From contig JBMNFF010000003.1 of NCBI GenBank assembly GCA_050949165.1, forward strand, positions 235,081 to 299,080: a DNA stretch of 64,000 nucleotides, in the 5' to 3' direction. The DNA is from Bacillota bacterium. GTDB lineage: Bacteria; Bacillota; Proteinivoracia; UBA4975. The position numbers were made by a program, and so were the translations under genes. The notes below the pieces were generated by a model that did no database searches, was not told the DNA's origin, and saw only the letters and a list, made by a program, of their open reading frames with translations. How positions within the stretch are numbered: position 1 is the first letter of the stretch; each line of letters opens with the position of its first letter. Positions 1-8,935 of this stretch are shown one piece after another.

Positions 1-1375
1 CCTGCCTGCCGTCTTGGGGCTGTACTACCTGGCGCCCCGCCGATATAGAAACCTGGTGCTCTTTGTCTGCAGTCTATTTTTTTATGCCTGGGGAGAACCT
101 GTCTACATCACCCTCATGCTCTTCTCCTCGGTGGTAGACTACAGCCACGGTTACTTCATCGAAAAATACCGGCACCGCGGCAACTGGGCCAAGTTGTTTC
201 TGGTCTCATCGGTGCTCATCAACTTAGGGCTCTTGGGCTTCTTTAAGTATGCCGATTTTATTATCCTCAACCTCAACGGGCTTCTGGGCACTGCAATTCC
301 CTTGCTGAAGCTTCCCCTCCCCATCGGCATCTCCTTCTACACCTTTCAGACCATGTCCTATACCATCGATGTCTACCGGCGGGAGACCCCGGTGCAGCGA
401 AATTTCATCTCCTTTGCCGCCTATGTCACCCTCTTTCCCCAGTTGATTGCCGGGCCCATTGTGCGCTACCAGACCGTGGCCCAAGAACTGGATCACCGCC
501 AGGAAAGCGTGGACAAGTTCGCCGCCGGCATCCAGCGCTTCACCGTAGGCTTGGGCAAAAAGGTCCTCCTGGCCAATAATATCGGGCTGCTCTGGTCTCA
601 CATCAAGGACGCCGCCCCGGCGGAGCTCTCGGTGCTGACAGCCTGGCTGGGAATTATCGCCTTCGGCTTTCAGATCTACTATGACTTCAGCGGCTACTCG
701 GATATGGCCATCGGCATGGGCAAGATGTTTGGCTTTACCTTCCTGGAAAACTTCAACTACCCTTACATCTCCCGCTCGGTGACGGAGTTCTGGCGGCGCT
801 GGCACATCTCCCTGGGCACCTGGTTCCGGGACTACCTGTACATCCCCCTGGGGGGGAACCGCCGGAGCCACGCCAGGACCTACCTCAACCTCTTTATCAT
901 CTGGTTTGTCACCGGCTTCTGGCATGGAGCCAGTTGGAACTTCGTCCTCTGGGGTCTGTACTTCGGCCTCCTGATTATGCTGGAGCGCCTGTTCCTCCGC
1001 CGTGTGTTGGAGCGGGCCCCCGCCGTATTAGGCCACCTCTACCTCCTCCTGGCGGTGAGTATGGGCTGGGTGCTCTTTGAATTCGAGAGCTTCGCCGCCG
1101 GCTCCGGCTATCTCAGGGCAATGCTGGGCCTGGAGGGGAATGCCATCTGGGACACAGACTTCCTCTACCACCTGCTCAGCAACGGCTTGCTCATGATAAT
1201 TATGGGCCTGGGGGCGACGCCCCTGCCCGACAGGTTGTGGCAGCGGTTCACTGCCTGGCTGCAGGATAAGGGAGTCGGGGCCCTTTCCCCCATCCCTTAC
1301 CTCCTGATGCTGGTGGCCGCCACTGCCTACCTGGTGGATGCCAGTTATAACCCCTTCCTCTACTTCAGGTTTTAG
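1..1375 (+). CDS. MBOAT-family membrane O-acyltransferase (AlgI/DltB/PatA-like), 5' end cut by window edge
   Basis: ORF 14..1375 stays open in frame back to base 2. Polytopic membrane protein with FFYAWGEP near the N-terminus and the conserved His block FWRRWHISLGTWFRDYLYIPLGG, both typical of AlgI/MBOAT. Confidence 0.85.
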   Translation, partial: LPAVLGLYYLAPRRYRNLVLFVCSLFFYAWGEPVYITLMLFSSVVDYSHGYFIEKYRHRGNWAKLFLVSSVLINLGLLGFFKYADFIILNLNGLLGTAIPLLKLPLPIGISFYTFQTMSYTIDVYRRETPVQRNFISFAAYVTLFPQLIAGPIVRYQTVAQELDHRQESVDKFAAGIQRFTVGLGKKVLLANNIGLLWSHIKDAAPAELSVLTAWLGIIAFGFQIYYDFSGYSDMAIGMGKMFGFTFLENFNYPYISRSVTEFWRRWHISLGTWFRDYLYIPLGGNRRSHARTYLNLFIIWFVTGFWHGASWNFVLWGLYFGLLIMLERLFLRRVLERAPAVLGHLYLLLAVSMGWVLFEFESFAAGSGYLRAMLGLEGNAIWDTDFLYHLLSNGLLMIIMGLGATPLPDRLWQRFTAWLQDKGVGALSPIPYLLMLVAATAYLVDASYNPFLYFRF

Positions 1376-1387
1376 GAGCGTGATCTG

Positions 1388-2512
1388 ATGACGAAAAGTG
1401 CGGAAAAGATTCTGATCCTGGCCTTCATCCTCTTCCTGGGCGGCGCCATGCTCCTCAACCTCCTCACCCCAGACAGAGCTTACTCCCTGCGGGAAAACCG
1501 CTACCTGGCCAAGAGGCCCCGATTCGATGTACAGAACATCCTCAAGGGGCGCTTTTCCCGCCAGTTTGAGGAGTATATCACCGATCAATTCGCCTTCCGG
1601 GACCAATGGGTCCTCCTCAAGGGGGACCTGGAAATGCTCCTGCTCCGCCGGGAGAATAACGGCATCTTCTTTGGCCGGGATGGCTACCTCCTGGAGGATT
1701 TCCCCCCGCCGGGGCCGGCCCTGGCCAGGAATCTCGACAGGATCAACGCCTTTGCCCAGGCCTTTCCCCACCTCAAGATCCACCTGCTCCTGACCCCCAA
1801 TTCGGTAGCTATATATCCCGACAAGTTGCCCCCCTTTGCCCGGGTGCAGGACCAGGCCGAGGTTCTGGAACGGGTAAAGGGGGAGTTGGCGACAGGGATC
1901 GAGTTCATCCCCGTCCTCACGGCCCTGCAGGCCGAGAGGGAGCAGTATATCTACTTCCGCACCGACCACCATTGGACGGTGCGAGGCGCCTATTTGGCCT
2001 ACCGTCAGCTGGCGGCGGCCTTGGGCTTTCAGCCCCTGGTCCCCCAGGATTTCGAAAGTAAAGAGGTGGCCCAGGACTTTTGGGGGACCTACTATTCCAA
2101 GGCCAATAACCGCTACCTCAAGGGAGATGAGATCGAGGTCTGGCTGCCCAAAAAACCCGCCCAGGTGGAAGTCCGCTTCAACGACCGGGAAGGGAGCTTT
2201 TCCAGCCTCTACTTCCCCCATCACCTGGAGACCAGGGATAAGTACGCATATTTCCTGGACGGCAACCACCCCCTGGCCGTCATCAGCACCGACAGGGCCC
2301 AGGGCGGCAAGCTCGCCGTCATCAAGGACTCCTTTGCCCATGCCCTCCTCCCCTTCCTGGCCCAGCACTACCAGGAAATCCACGTCATCGACCTGCGCTT
2401 CTTCGATGCCGACCTGGGCCAGTACCTGGAGGAGCAGGGAATCCAGCAAGCCCTCTTTCTGTACAACCTCTCCAGCTTTGCCAGCGACAGCACCCTGGTC
2501 AACTTCCGCTGA
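1388..2512 (+). CDS. DHHW-family protein (AlgX/AlgJ/PatB-like partner of the MBOAT)
   Basis: N-terminal TM anchor and a literal DHHW motif (YFRTDHHWTVRGAY). Starts 12 bp after the MBOAT gene. Confidence 0.85.
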   Translation: MTKSAEKILILAFILFLGGAMLLNLLTPDRAYSLRENRYLAKRPRFDVQNILKGRFSRQFEEYITDQFAFRDQWVLLKGDLEMLLLRRENNGIFFGRDGYLLEDFPPPGPALARNLDRINAFAQAFPHLKIHLLLTPNSVAIYPDKLPPFARVQDQAEVLERVKGELATGIEFIPVLTALQAEREQYIYFRTDHHWTVRGAYLAYRQLAAALGFQPLVPQDFESKEVAQDFWGTYYSKANNRYLKGDEIEVWLPKKPAQVEVRFNDREGSFSSLYFPHHLETRDKYAYFLDGNHPLAVISTDRAQGGKLAVIKDSFAHALLPFLAQHYQEIHVIDLRFFDADLGQYLEEQGIQQALFLYNLSSFASDSTLVNFR

Positions 2513-2546
2513 CCGCGACACCGGGGACGCCTCGCTGTCGCAAACC
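2513..2546. repeat. About 33-nt repeat unit, copy 1 (inverted relative to copies 2 and 3)
   Basis: CCGCGACACCGGGGACGCCTCGCTGTCGCAAACC. Its reverse complement aligns with TGCGACA-N6-8-CGTCCCCGGTGTCGCG at 2743 and 2787. Confidence 0.6.
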
Positions 2547-2607
2547 ACAGGCCTGCCCGCGTAGATCGTTTATACTGGCAGCGGCGGCTACTGCGCCCCC
2601 AATAACG

Positions 2608-2640
2608 CAAAGAGGACACTGGCCATCAGTGTCCTCTTTG
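2608..2640. terminator. Hairpin terminator between convergent genes
   Basis: CAAAGAGGACACTG-GCCA-tCAGTGTCCTCTTTG, a 14-bp stem, lying between the + strand DHHW gene and the - strand GNAT gene. Confidence 0.6.
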
Positions 2641-2742
2641 CCTAGTCCCCAATTCCAGCCCTCCAGCTGCCAATCCACGACATCAGGTTTCGCCGCCTAG
2701 CCAAAGTGATGGGTAAGGGGCTCCCCCTATCTCGCAACAGCA

Positions 2743-2822
2743 AATCTGCGACAAACCGAAACGTCCCCGGTGTCGCGCGGCTGATCAATCTGCGACAAAG
2801 AGAAGCGTCCCCGGTGTCGCGG
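2743..2822. repeat. Two tandem copies (44-bp period) of the about 33-nt repeat unit
   Basis: AATCTGCGACAAACCGAAACGTCCCCGGTGTCGCG (2743-2777) and AATCTGCGACAAAGAGAAGCGTCCCCGGTGTCGCGG (2787-2822). Copy 3 overlaps the 3' end of the GNAT ORF. Confidence 0.6.
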
Positions 2823-3354
2823 ACAGGACGAAGGTCAGGGCGTCGTAGCGCTCTCCCTTCACCATCCGGACGCCGGGGAGGCGTTGGCAGAGGCGAAAGC
2901 CGCATTTCTCGGCCAGCTTAACCATCCTGACATTGCCCGACCAGGTCTGGCTGTATACCTCTTTATGCCCGGAGTTCTCGAGCTGATACTTCACCCAGAG
3001 GGGGAAGGCCTGGCTGCCCAGGCCCCGGCCCCAGTACGCGGACTCCCGCAGAGTGATGCCTAAGGCCAGCTTCTCAGGGTCCCCGTCGATATGGTAGGAA
3101 TTGACCATGCCGATGTGGGTACCGTCCCGAAAACAGATTTCCAGGGTGGTGCGGACCGGGGGCAGGGGCTGGTGCAAGCGCCTTTCCATGCGCTCCAGGT
3201 ATTGGCGCACAAACTCCGGGTCGTTCTGCTCCCAGGGGGCATCCCAATCCAGCCAGGCCGTCTCGGTGGTCAGCCAGCGCCGATGGTCGGCCAGGTCGCC
3301 GGGGATGCGGTCCCGGAGGATGACATCCCGATAGGTCAAAACCAAGGGCTCCAT
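2785..3354 (-). CDS. GNAT-family N-acetyltransferase (RimJ/RimL-like)
   Basis: Acetyl-CoA binding-type segment (WGRGLGSQAF) and GNAT-like length. I chose the ATG at 3354, which is preceded by GGAGGTGAGGGC; the track start at 3474 adds an unlikely 40-aa leader. Confidence 0.75.
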   Translation of the reverse strand: MEPLVLTYRDVILRDRIPGDLADHRRWLTTETAWLDWDAPWEQNDPEFVRQYLERMERRLHQPLPPVRTTLEICFRDGTHIGMVNSYHIDGDPEKLALGITLRESAYWGRGLGSQAFPLWVKYQLENSGHKEVYSQTWSGNVRMVKLAEKCGFRLCQRLPGVRMVKGERYDALTFVLSATPGTLLFVAD

Positions 3355-3587
3355 GCCCTCACCTCCCACTACAGTATTTCCAGCTGCGCCGCCCAGGACA
3401 CAGGTACCGAAACGAAAATACAGCAAGGGCGCTAATTGAGCCCTCGCCCTGTCTGAGGCAGTTCTGGCACTCATCCGTCAACCGGGCCAACGCCAGTCCT
3501 CCGGTATGGCATACCGGGCCGGGGACTAAAGGGGCCCTGAATAAGCATATGCTATAATGATTACAGCGCCCGGAAGGAGGTGAAAGA

Positions 3588-4145
3588 GTGGGCAAGTATC
3601 CCTGGTTGACGCTGCCAACCCTCCTATCCCTGAGCAGAATTTTTATGCTGCCGGTCTTGATATGGTTGGCCCATAGCCGGCCCGCCACGTTCCTGGCGGT
3701 GTACATCCTGGTTGGCGCCACCGATTACTTTGACGGGCTCTTGGCCAGGCGATACAACTGGGTTACCGAGGCTGGCAAACAATTCGATTCCGTCGGGGAC
3801 GTCTTTCTCTACCTGGGCTCGGCATACTTCCTCTACGTTCTCTTTACCCCGGTACTGACCAATAACCTCCCGTACTTATACGTATTTTTCGTCCTCCTGG
3901 TTCTATCCCTGTCGGTTCCCGTCTTCCTTTTTAAGAAGCTGCTGATAATGCACACCACGCTCTTAAAAATTGGCGCTGTCCTGGTGTACAGCTTGATCAT
4001 CCTGTCCTTTATATTGGACACCACCCTCTTGACCCGACTGACCTTAGTCCTGTACTGTATCGCCTTTGTGGAAACACTGCTGATCTACTTCCTCTACGGC
4101 GATGTCGATCCCGACACCCCGTCCATTTTCTCCCTGAGAAGTTAA
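3588..4145 (+). CDS. CDP-alcohol phosphatidyltransferase family protein
   Basis: Canonical motif D-x2-DG-x2-AR-x8-G-x3-D-x3-D (DYFDGLLARRYNWVTEAGKQFDSVGD). Polytopic membrane protein. GTG start after GGAGGTG. Confidence 0.8.
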   Translation: MGKYPWLTLPTLLSLSRIFMLPVLIWLAHSRPATFLAVYILVGATDYFDGLLARRYNWVTEAGKQFDSVGDVFLYLGSAYFLYVLFTPVLTNNLPYLYVFFVLLVLSLSVPVFLFKKLLIMHTTLLKIGAVLVYSLIILSFILDTTLLTRLTLVLYCIAFVETLLIYFLYGDVDPDTPSIFSLRS

Positions 4146-4150
4146 ACAGT

Positions 4151-6014
4151 AAGGGGCTGTCGCAAAACGTTTAATTAATAACGTTGGGCGATAGCCCTTT
4201 TTTCTTGGTTCTAGCTGAAAAATGGCCTCTTTCTAGGGCATTTTCCGCGGTTTCGGCCCATTTTTGGGTATGACAAAATAGGGGAAGGGGGCTTCCCCTA
4301 TGGATAACCTGTTATTTAGGCTTAAGCTACCTTAGAATTATGTAAATATGCTCCACAGCGTCCAGATCGGATTTTGTTGTGGAGTTTACTTATGTTGAAT
4401 GCCATAGCCAACAGCAGGAATTCTGTCTGTACTTTTACCTGGCCACGTAAGAGGAAACGCCGAAATCCCATGTCTTGTTTCAGCACACCGAAGGCACCCT
4501 CAACCTGGATGGAGCGATTCGTGCGTAATAGAATGCCTTTCTCGCTGTTAATACGTGCCTCCATCTCAGCGCGCTGCCTCTGAAAGGTCTTGGAAACGTG
4601 GAGGTTTTTGCTCCGCTTTTCAAGGGGTATCTTACTTGAGCCTTTTATGCATTTGGCCTTGTACGGGCAACCGGCACAGTGAGCGCAGGAATACACGGTT
4701 GTTACTGTGGGGTATCCAGACTTGGTTTTGGCTTTCTTCTCATACGCTGCCTGGATTTTATTGCCTGCGTAGCAAATGTAAGCATCGCTTTCTGCATCAT
4801 AGAGCATATTTTCTCGTTTGCCAATGTCGCTTCTGTATTTTCTTGTCTTGGCCCGGTCATGGTTTGCAGGTTTAATAAAAGCGATCTGGCCGTTTTCCTC
4901 GCACCAGGTATAATTCTCTTCGCTTTCGAAGCCAGCGTCAGCTACCGGCTCTGTGTAACCCAAGGGAAGCAGCTTTTCCATTATGGGAATAAATGTGGCC
5001 ATGTCGCTGCGTTCTTGTGAAATCATCGCAGCTACGATGTATTCTGCATCAACTGCTATAGTGACATTGTAGGCCGGTTTCAATTGGCCGTTCCTCATAT
5101 GGTCTTCTTTTAAACGCATGAAGGTTGCGTCCTTATCTGTTTTGGAAAAGCTGTTTCTGTCCCCAAAGATGTGGTTATGGCCATCATACCGCCTCTGGCG
5201 GGCCAGGTACCCTTCCACGGTTTCCACAGCTCTTTGTAAGGGAGTTTTCCGCTTCCCTTTGCCCTTGACGAATTTTGTGTCCCCTTTGAGAGCATATAGC
5301 CGCTTTCGGAGCTTTTTTAAATCCTTAGCCCGGATTTTCTCTCCTACCCGAAAGCGCAGGCCAAACTCGGCTGCAATTTTTGGCAGTTCGACTCGCAACT
5401 TCGCCTGCATCTTGGCTTCATTCTTTTGTGTGGACTTCTTCCACACAAAGCTGTACCGATTGGCGTTGGCCTCGAACTTCGTGCCATCGATAAACGCATT
5501 GAGTAGTGAGAGTTCCCCCGCTTCAGCTAAGTAATACACCAGTTGTGAAAACAGATCATCCATAACGCTAGGTAGTCGCTCACTTCGGAAGCGGGCGATG
5601 GTAGCATGATCGGGTGCTGAAGAACGTCCCAGCAGATACATGAAGTTTACGTCGCGCCTACAAGCTTGCTCCAAGGCACGGGAGGAATAGATGCCATTCA
5701 TGTATCCATACACCAGCACCTTGAATAGACTTTTGGGAGGCGTCTCGATTCTCCCTATACGGGAGTACGCAGCGTGCAGTTTTCTATAATCCATCCTTTC
5801 AAGCACGGCGTTGAGTAGTCTCACCGAATCGTCTTCCGGGATTAATTCGCCAATGTCCATGGGTAGGACCAGTTGATATGCACCCCCGGTTGGTGTATAA
5901 TCTGGTCGTAAAATATTGTCTTGCATAACTATATTTTACAGCAAAAGACGGCTTCTGGGTACTACCAGTCGCCGTCTTTTGTGTGTTTTTCAAGGGCTGT
6001 TAGTGCAACAGCCC
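4151..6014 (-). mobile_element. IS1182-family insertion sequence, copy A (1864 bp)
   Basis: Boundaries come from alignment with copy B (34941-36804). Imperfect terminal inverted repeats GGGCTGTTGCA / GGGGCTGTCGCA. One 534-aa transposase. Confidence 0.85.
4322..5926 (-). CDS. IS1182-family DDE transposase
   Basis: N-terminal IS1182/DUF772-type segment (LVLPMDIGELIPEDDSVRLLNAVLERMDY, FKVLVYGYMNGIYSSRALEQACRRDVNFMYLLG), a DDE core and a C-terminal Cys cluster. Differs at 10 or more residues from copy B. Confidence 0.9.
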   Translation of the reverse strand: MQDNILRPDYTPTGGAYQLVLPMDIGELIPEDDSVRLLNAVLERMDYRKLHAAYSRIGRIETPPKSLFKVLVYGYMNGIYSSRALEQACRRDVNFMYLLGRSSAPDHATIARFRSERLPSVMDDLFSQLVYYLAEAGELSLLNAFIDGTKFEANANRYSFVWKKSTQKNEAKMQAKLRVELPKIAAEFGLRFRVGEKIRAKDLKKLRKRLYALKGDTKFVKGKGKRKTPLQRAVETVEGYLARQRRYDGHNHIFGDRNSFSKTDKDATFMRLKEDHMRNGQLKPAYNVTIAVDAEYIVAAMISQERSDMATFIPIMEKLLPLGYTEPVADAGFESEENYTWCEENGQIAFIKPANHDRAKTRKYRSDIGKRENMLYDAESDAYICYAGNKIQAAYEKKAKTKSGYPTVTTVYSCAHCAGCPYKAKCIKGSSKIPLEKRSKNLHVSKTFQRQRAEMEARINSEKGILLRTNRSIQVEGAFGVLKQDMGFRRFLLRGQVKVQTEFLLLAMAFNISKLHNKIRSGRCGAYLHNSKVA

Positions 6015-6033
6015 CTTGCTTTCTTTGGGAATA

Positions 6034-6888
6034 CTAGGCCAGGGAGTCCAGGTATTTGGCGGCGCTGAGGGCGGCGATCTGGCCCTCGCCCACAGCTTTG
6101 GCCAGCTGGTAGGGGCGCCCGGTTACATCGCCGGCGGCAAAGAGGCCGGGGATATTGGTGGACATGTCCCGGTTGACCTTGATGTGGTTTTTCTCCAGTT
6201 CCAGGCCCGGCACTATCCTGGCTGCCGGCAGCTGTTCCTTGTGGAAGAAGCAGCCGTCCACCGACAACTCCCTGCCGGACTTCAGCACCAGTTTCTCCAG
6301 GCGCTGGCCACCGACAACTTCTACCGGCCTGTCCTCCAGCACCTCCACATTGCCCCGCAAATTATACTCGCCCTGGTACAGGGGTATGTACCAGATCGCC
6401 GCGGCCAGCTCGGCCAGAAAATTGACCTCTTCTTCCCCCTCGGGGCTATCGGCGATGACCGCGACCTTCTTCCCCTTGTAAAAGTTTCCGTCGCAAGTGG
6501 CACAATAGCTCACACCCCTGCCGATGAACTCCTCTTCCCCGGGAATGGGCCGGGCGACGCTGACCCCGGTGGTGATTATCAGGGTTCTGGCCTGCAGATT
6601 TTCCCGGCGCAATTGCAGTTCAAAGTAGTCGCCCATGGGGTAGACAGCAGTGACGGATTCGGTGTCGGGAACGACTCCCATGGAGCGGGCATGATCCAGG
6701 AAGAGTTTGCGCAGATCATCCCCCCGAATCTCGGGAAAGCCCAGGTAATTGTCGATGCGGTGGGCCTTGTGCAGGGCGGGGCTGCACAGTTTGACGCCGA
6801 AGACCTTGACCTCCTTGCCCCGGGCCCGGCCGTTGATGGCCGCCGACAAGCCGGCAGGGCCACAGCCGATAATGGCCATGTCTAACAT
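6034..6888 (-). CDS. Thioredoxin-reductase-family FAD-dependent oxidoreductase
   Basis: GCGPAG dinucleotide-binding motif at the N-terminus and the redox-active CATCDG motif. Confidence 0.8.
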   Translation of the reverse strand: MLDMAIIGCGPAGLSAAINGRARGKEVKVFGVKLCSPALHKAHRIDNYLGFPEIRGDDLRKLFLDHARSMGVVPDTESVTAVYPMGDYFELQLRRENLQARTLIITTGVSVARPIPGEEEFIGRGVSYCATCDGNFYKGKKVAVIADSPEGEEEVNFLAELAAAIWYIPLYQGEYNLRGNVEVLEDRPVEVVGGQRLEKLVLKSGRELSVDGCFFHKEQLPAARIVPGLELEKNHIKVNRDMSTNIPGLFAAGDVTGRPYQLAKAVGEGQIAALSAAKYLDSLA

Positions 6889-6961
6889 TCATACCACCCC
6901 TTTCGCTTGGTTACACCCAGTGTAATCTCTCCAGAGAAATTTTTCCAGTTTTACCTGCCCA

Positions 6962-8935
6962 TCAGGGCATTTTTGTTACCACCGTCCCGGGGAAGTAATG
7001 TTCGAGTATCTGCTTGCGGCTCCAACCCAGGGCGGCCAATTCTCTGACCCCGTACTGGCTCATGCCCACCCCGTGGCCAAATCCGCCGCCAAAAAACCGC
7101 ACCGCCTTCAATTGCTCGCCTTCCCGCTCCAGCTCCCAGGTCACAAAGGCGCTGGGAAGGAGGTTAAAATTCACCCTCTTACTGCCGTCATGGAGAACCA
7201 ATTCAATGGCTGGCCCGCCAAGGGCCTGGGGACGGAGGACCTGGCGAATGTAGTACTCCCTCTGAACCCGCCAGGTTCCCCGGCTGCCGACAATGTCCAC
7301 GGCCATGAGGAGTCCCCCGGCTCCCCTTTGGGCGGGGATGAGATCCAGGAGTTCTCCCAGGGGGTCATCGGGCATTGTCCTGACCGGGGCAAACCCATCC
7401 CCGGTCTGCACCAAGAGAACTTCCGGGTTGTCGGCAAAAACCTGCCGAAGATTTTCCCGGATTATCTCCTCCAACTGCCCGACGGGGATGGCCGCATGCC
7501 AGCGGAACCAAGGGGATTTGGCATCATAGGCCCCCGCCGGGGGTTTTTTGATAAAGGAAGCAAAGGCCTCTTCCCCCGCCAAGTCCATGGGCTCCCGGGG
7601 ATGCTGGGGGCGGGCGGTTAGCCAGGGAATAGGTGTCCCGGGAAAGCCATCCTTGCCTGCCCAGACCTGGTGGGCATTGGCGGTATACCCGCAGCTGGTG
7701 GAAAAAAAGCGGACTGCGGCGGGGGAACCGTTGGCTGCCAGATATTCTCCCCGGGTGGCTTCCACTGCGGCAATGGCGGAACTGTTGGTGCCGCCGTTGT
7801 TATAGACCTGGCTGAGGACCGAGTCCACCACATGGGCGGAGGTGCTCCGCCATTGGGAAGCGTAGAGATTGCCCAGGGCAAAGGTCCTGGCCACCACGGC
7901 CTGGACCTCCAGGGCCTGGGGCCCGAAGTAAGCTGGCATCTCCCCGGGCACAACATAGTACAGATACTGCTCCAGGGGGACCTCATTGACCACCACCAGT
8001 TTCCCCCCGAAATTGGCGACCTCCAGAGTGCCGTAGTAGGAAGGAGGACCGCCGGAACGGCTTATTGAGGAAAATTCCAGCTGGCCGTCCCCGTTCCCGG
8101 GGGCAAAGAGCAAGCGGTGAGCAAACTCCTGAGAATCCATGAGGATTTTCTCATCCCTGGCCTGCAACTCCACTGTTCCGGGAGGCAGGGAAATCTGGCG
8201 GCCGGTGACCGCTTCGGTAACCTGCCAGCCGCGGCTGGAGCTCAGCTTAACCTTCTCATGATAGATGCTGCCATGGCCGGTGGTGCTGAGGTTGACCCGG
8301 ATGAGCCGGGGGACATAGGGCTCGGCGGCAACGGCAGCGGCCAGGCGCCCATTGTGTTGGTACAGGGCCAGGTCCGTCATTCCCACTATCAGGTCGGTGG
8401 GCTGATCATCATGAAAGGCGGCAAAATACGGGGCCATCTCCAGCCAGCCCTGGTTTAACCCCTCCACCCGGTCGGGCTGCAGGGTCAAGAGCTTGTCTGA
8501 ACCCAAGGGCTGCAGCGCCTTTCTCAGGGTGGCATCTCCCACTTTCAGGGCCAGACGGGGCAGAGTATCGGCGACAACGGACAGGCTGGACTGTATTCCC
8601 CCAGGCCGCCACTTGCCCCCCACCCGCTCCAGGGGCAGGAAAAAGTCTCCGCCTTCTGCGCCCTGGAGCCGGATTTTTGCCCGGGCCTTGCCTACAGCGA
8701 CGAGGCGAACTCTTGCCACCGTCACCTTGGGCATGCCGAATTCCAAGAGGTTTTCTGCCAACTGCAGCGCTTCACCCTCAATATGCGGGGGAATCTGGCC
8801 CCGGGCCAAAGCGCTGAAATACTCCTCTGCCCCACTGCGGGCAGCCCGGGTCTGAGCGCCCGCCCAGAGATATAAGAACGCCAAGCCGACCAGTATGGTC
8901 AGGACGATAATCCCTATTGCTTTACGCATTTTCAT
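6962..8935 (-). CDS. SpoIID/LytB-domain protein
   Basis: N-terminal TM anchor. C-terminal SpoIID signature (FFGGGFGHGVGMSQYGVRELA). Confidence 0.85.
   Translation of the reverse strand: MKMRKAIGIIVLTILVGLAFLYLWAGAQTRAARSGAEEYFSALARGQIPPHIEGEALQLAENLLEFGMPKVTVARVRLVAVGKARAKIRLQGAEGGDFFLPLERVGGKWRPGGIQSSLSVVADTLPRLALKVGDATLRKALQPLGSDKLLTLQPDRVEGLNQGWLEMAPYFAAFHDDQPTDLIVGMTDLALYQHNGRLAAAVAAEPYVPRLIRVNLSTTGHGSIYHEKVKLSSSRGWQVTEAVTGRQISLPPGTVELQARDEKILMDSQEFAHRLLFAPGNGDGQLEFSSISRSGGPPSYYGTLEVANFGGKLVVVNEVPLEQYLYYVVPGEMPAYFGPQALEVQAVVARTFALGNLYASQWRSTSAHVVDSVLSQVYNNGGTNSSAIAAVEATRGEYLAANGSPAAVRFFSTSCGYTANAHQVWAGKDGFPGTPIPWLTARPQHPREPMDLAGEEAFASFIKKPPAGAYDAKSPWFRWHAAIPVGQLEEIIRENLRQVFADNPEVLLVQTGDGFAPVRTMPDDPLGELLDLIPAQRGAGGLLMAVDIVGSRGTWRVQREYYIRQVLRPQALGGPAIELVLHDGSKRVNFNLLPSAFVTWELEREGEQLKAVRFFGGGFGHGVGMSQYGVRELAALGWSRKQILEHYFPGTVVTKMP

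Noticed and set aside
1028-2548. A 506-aa ORF on the minus strand covering the MBOAT and DHHW genes
   Set aside because: It lies antisense to two genes with clear family motifs. The translation is low-complexity (G/E/V/Q/P-rich), as expected for stop-poor shadow frames in GC-rich DNA, and shows no recognisable domain.
2743-2822. Possible mini-CRISPR array (direct repeats with a 44-bp period)
   Set aside because: There are only two direct units plus one distant inverted unit. The spacer is about 9 nt and there are no cas genes in the window. The geometry is incompatible with CRISPR.
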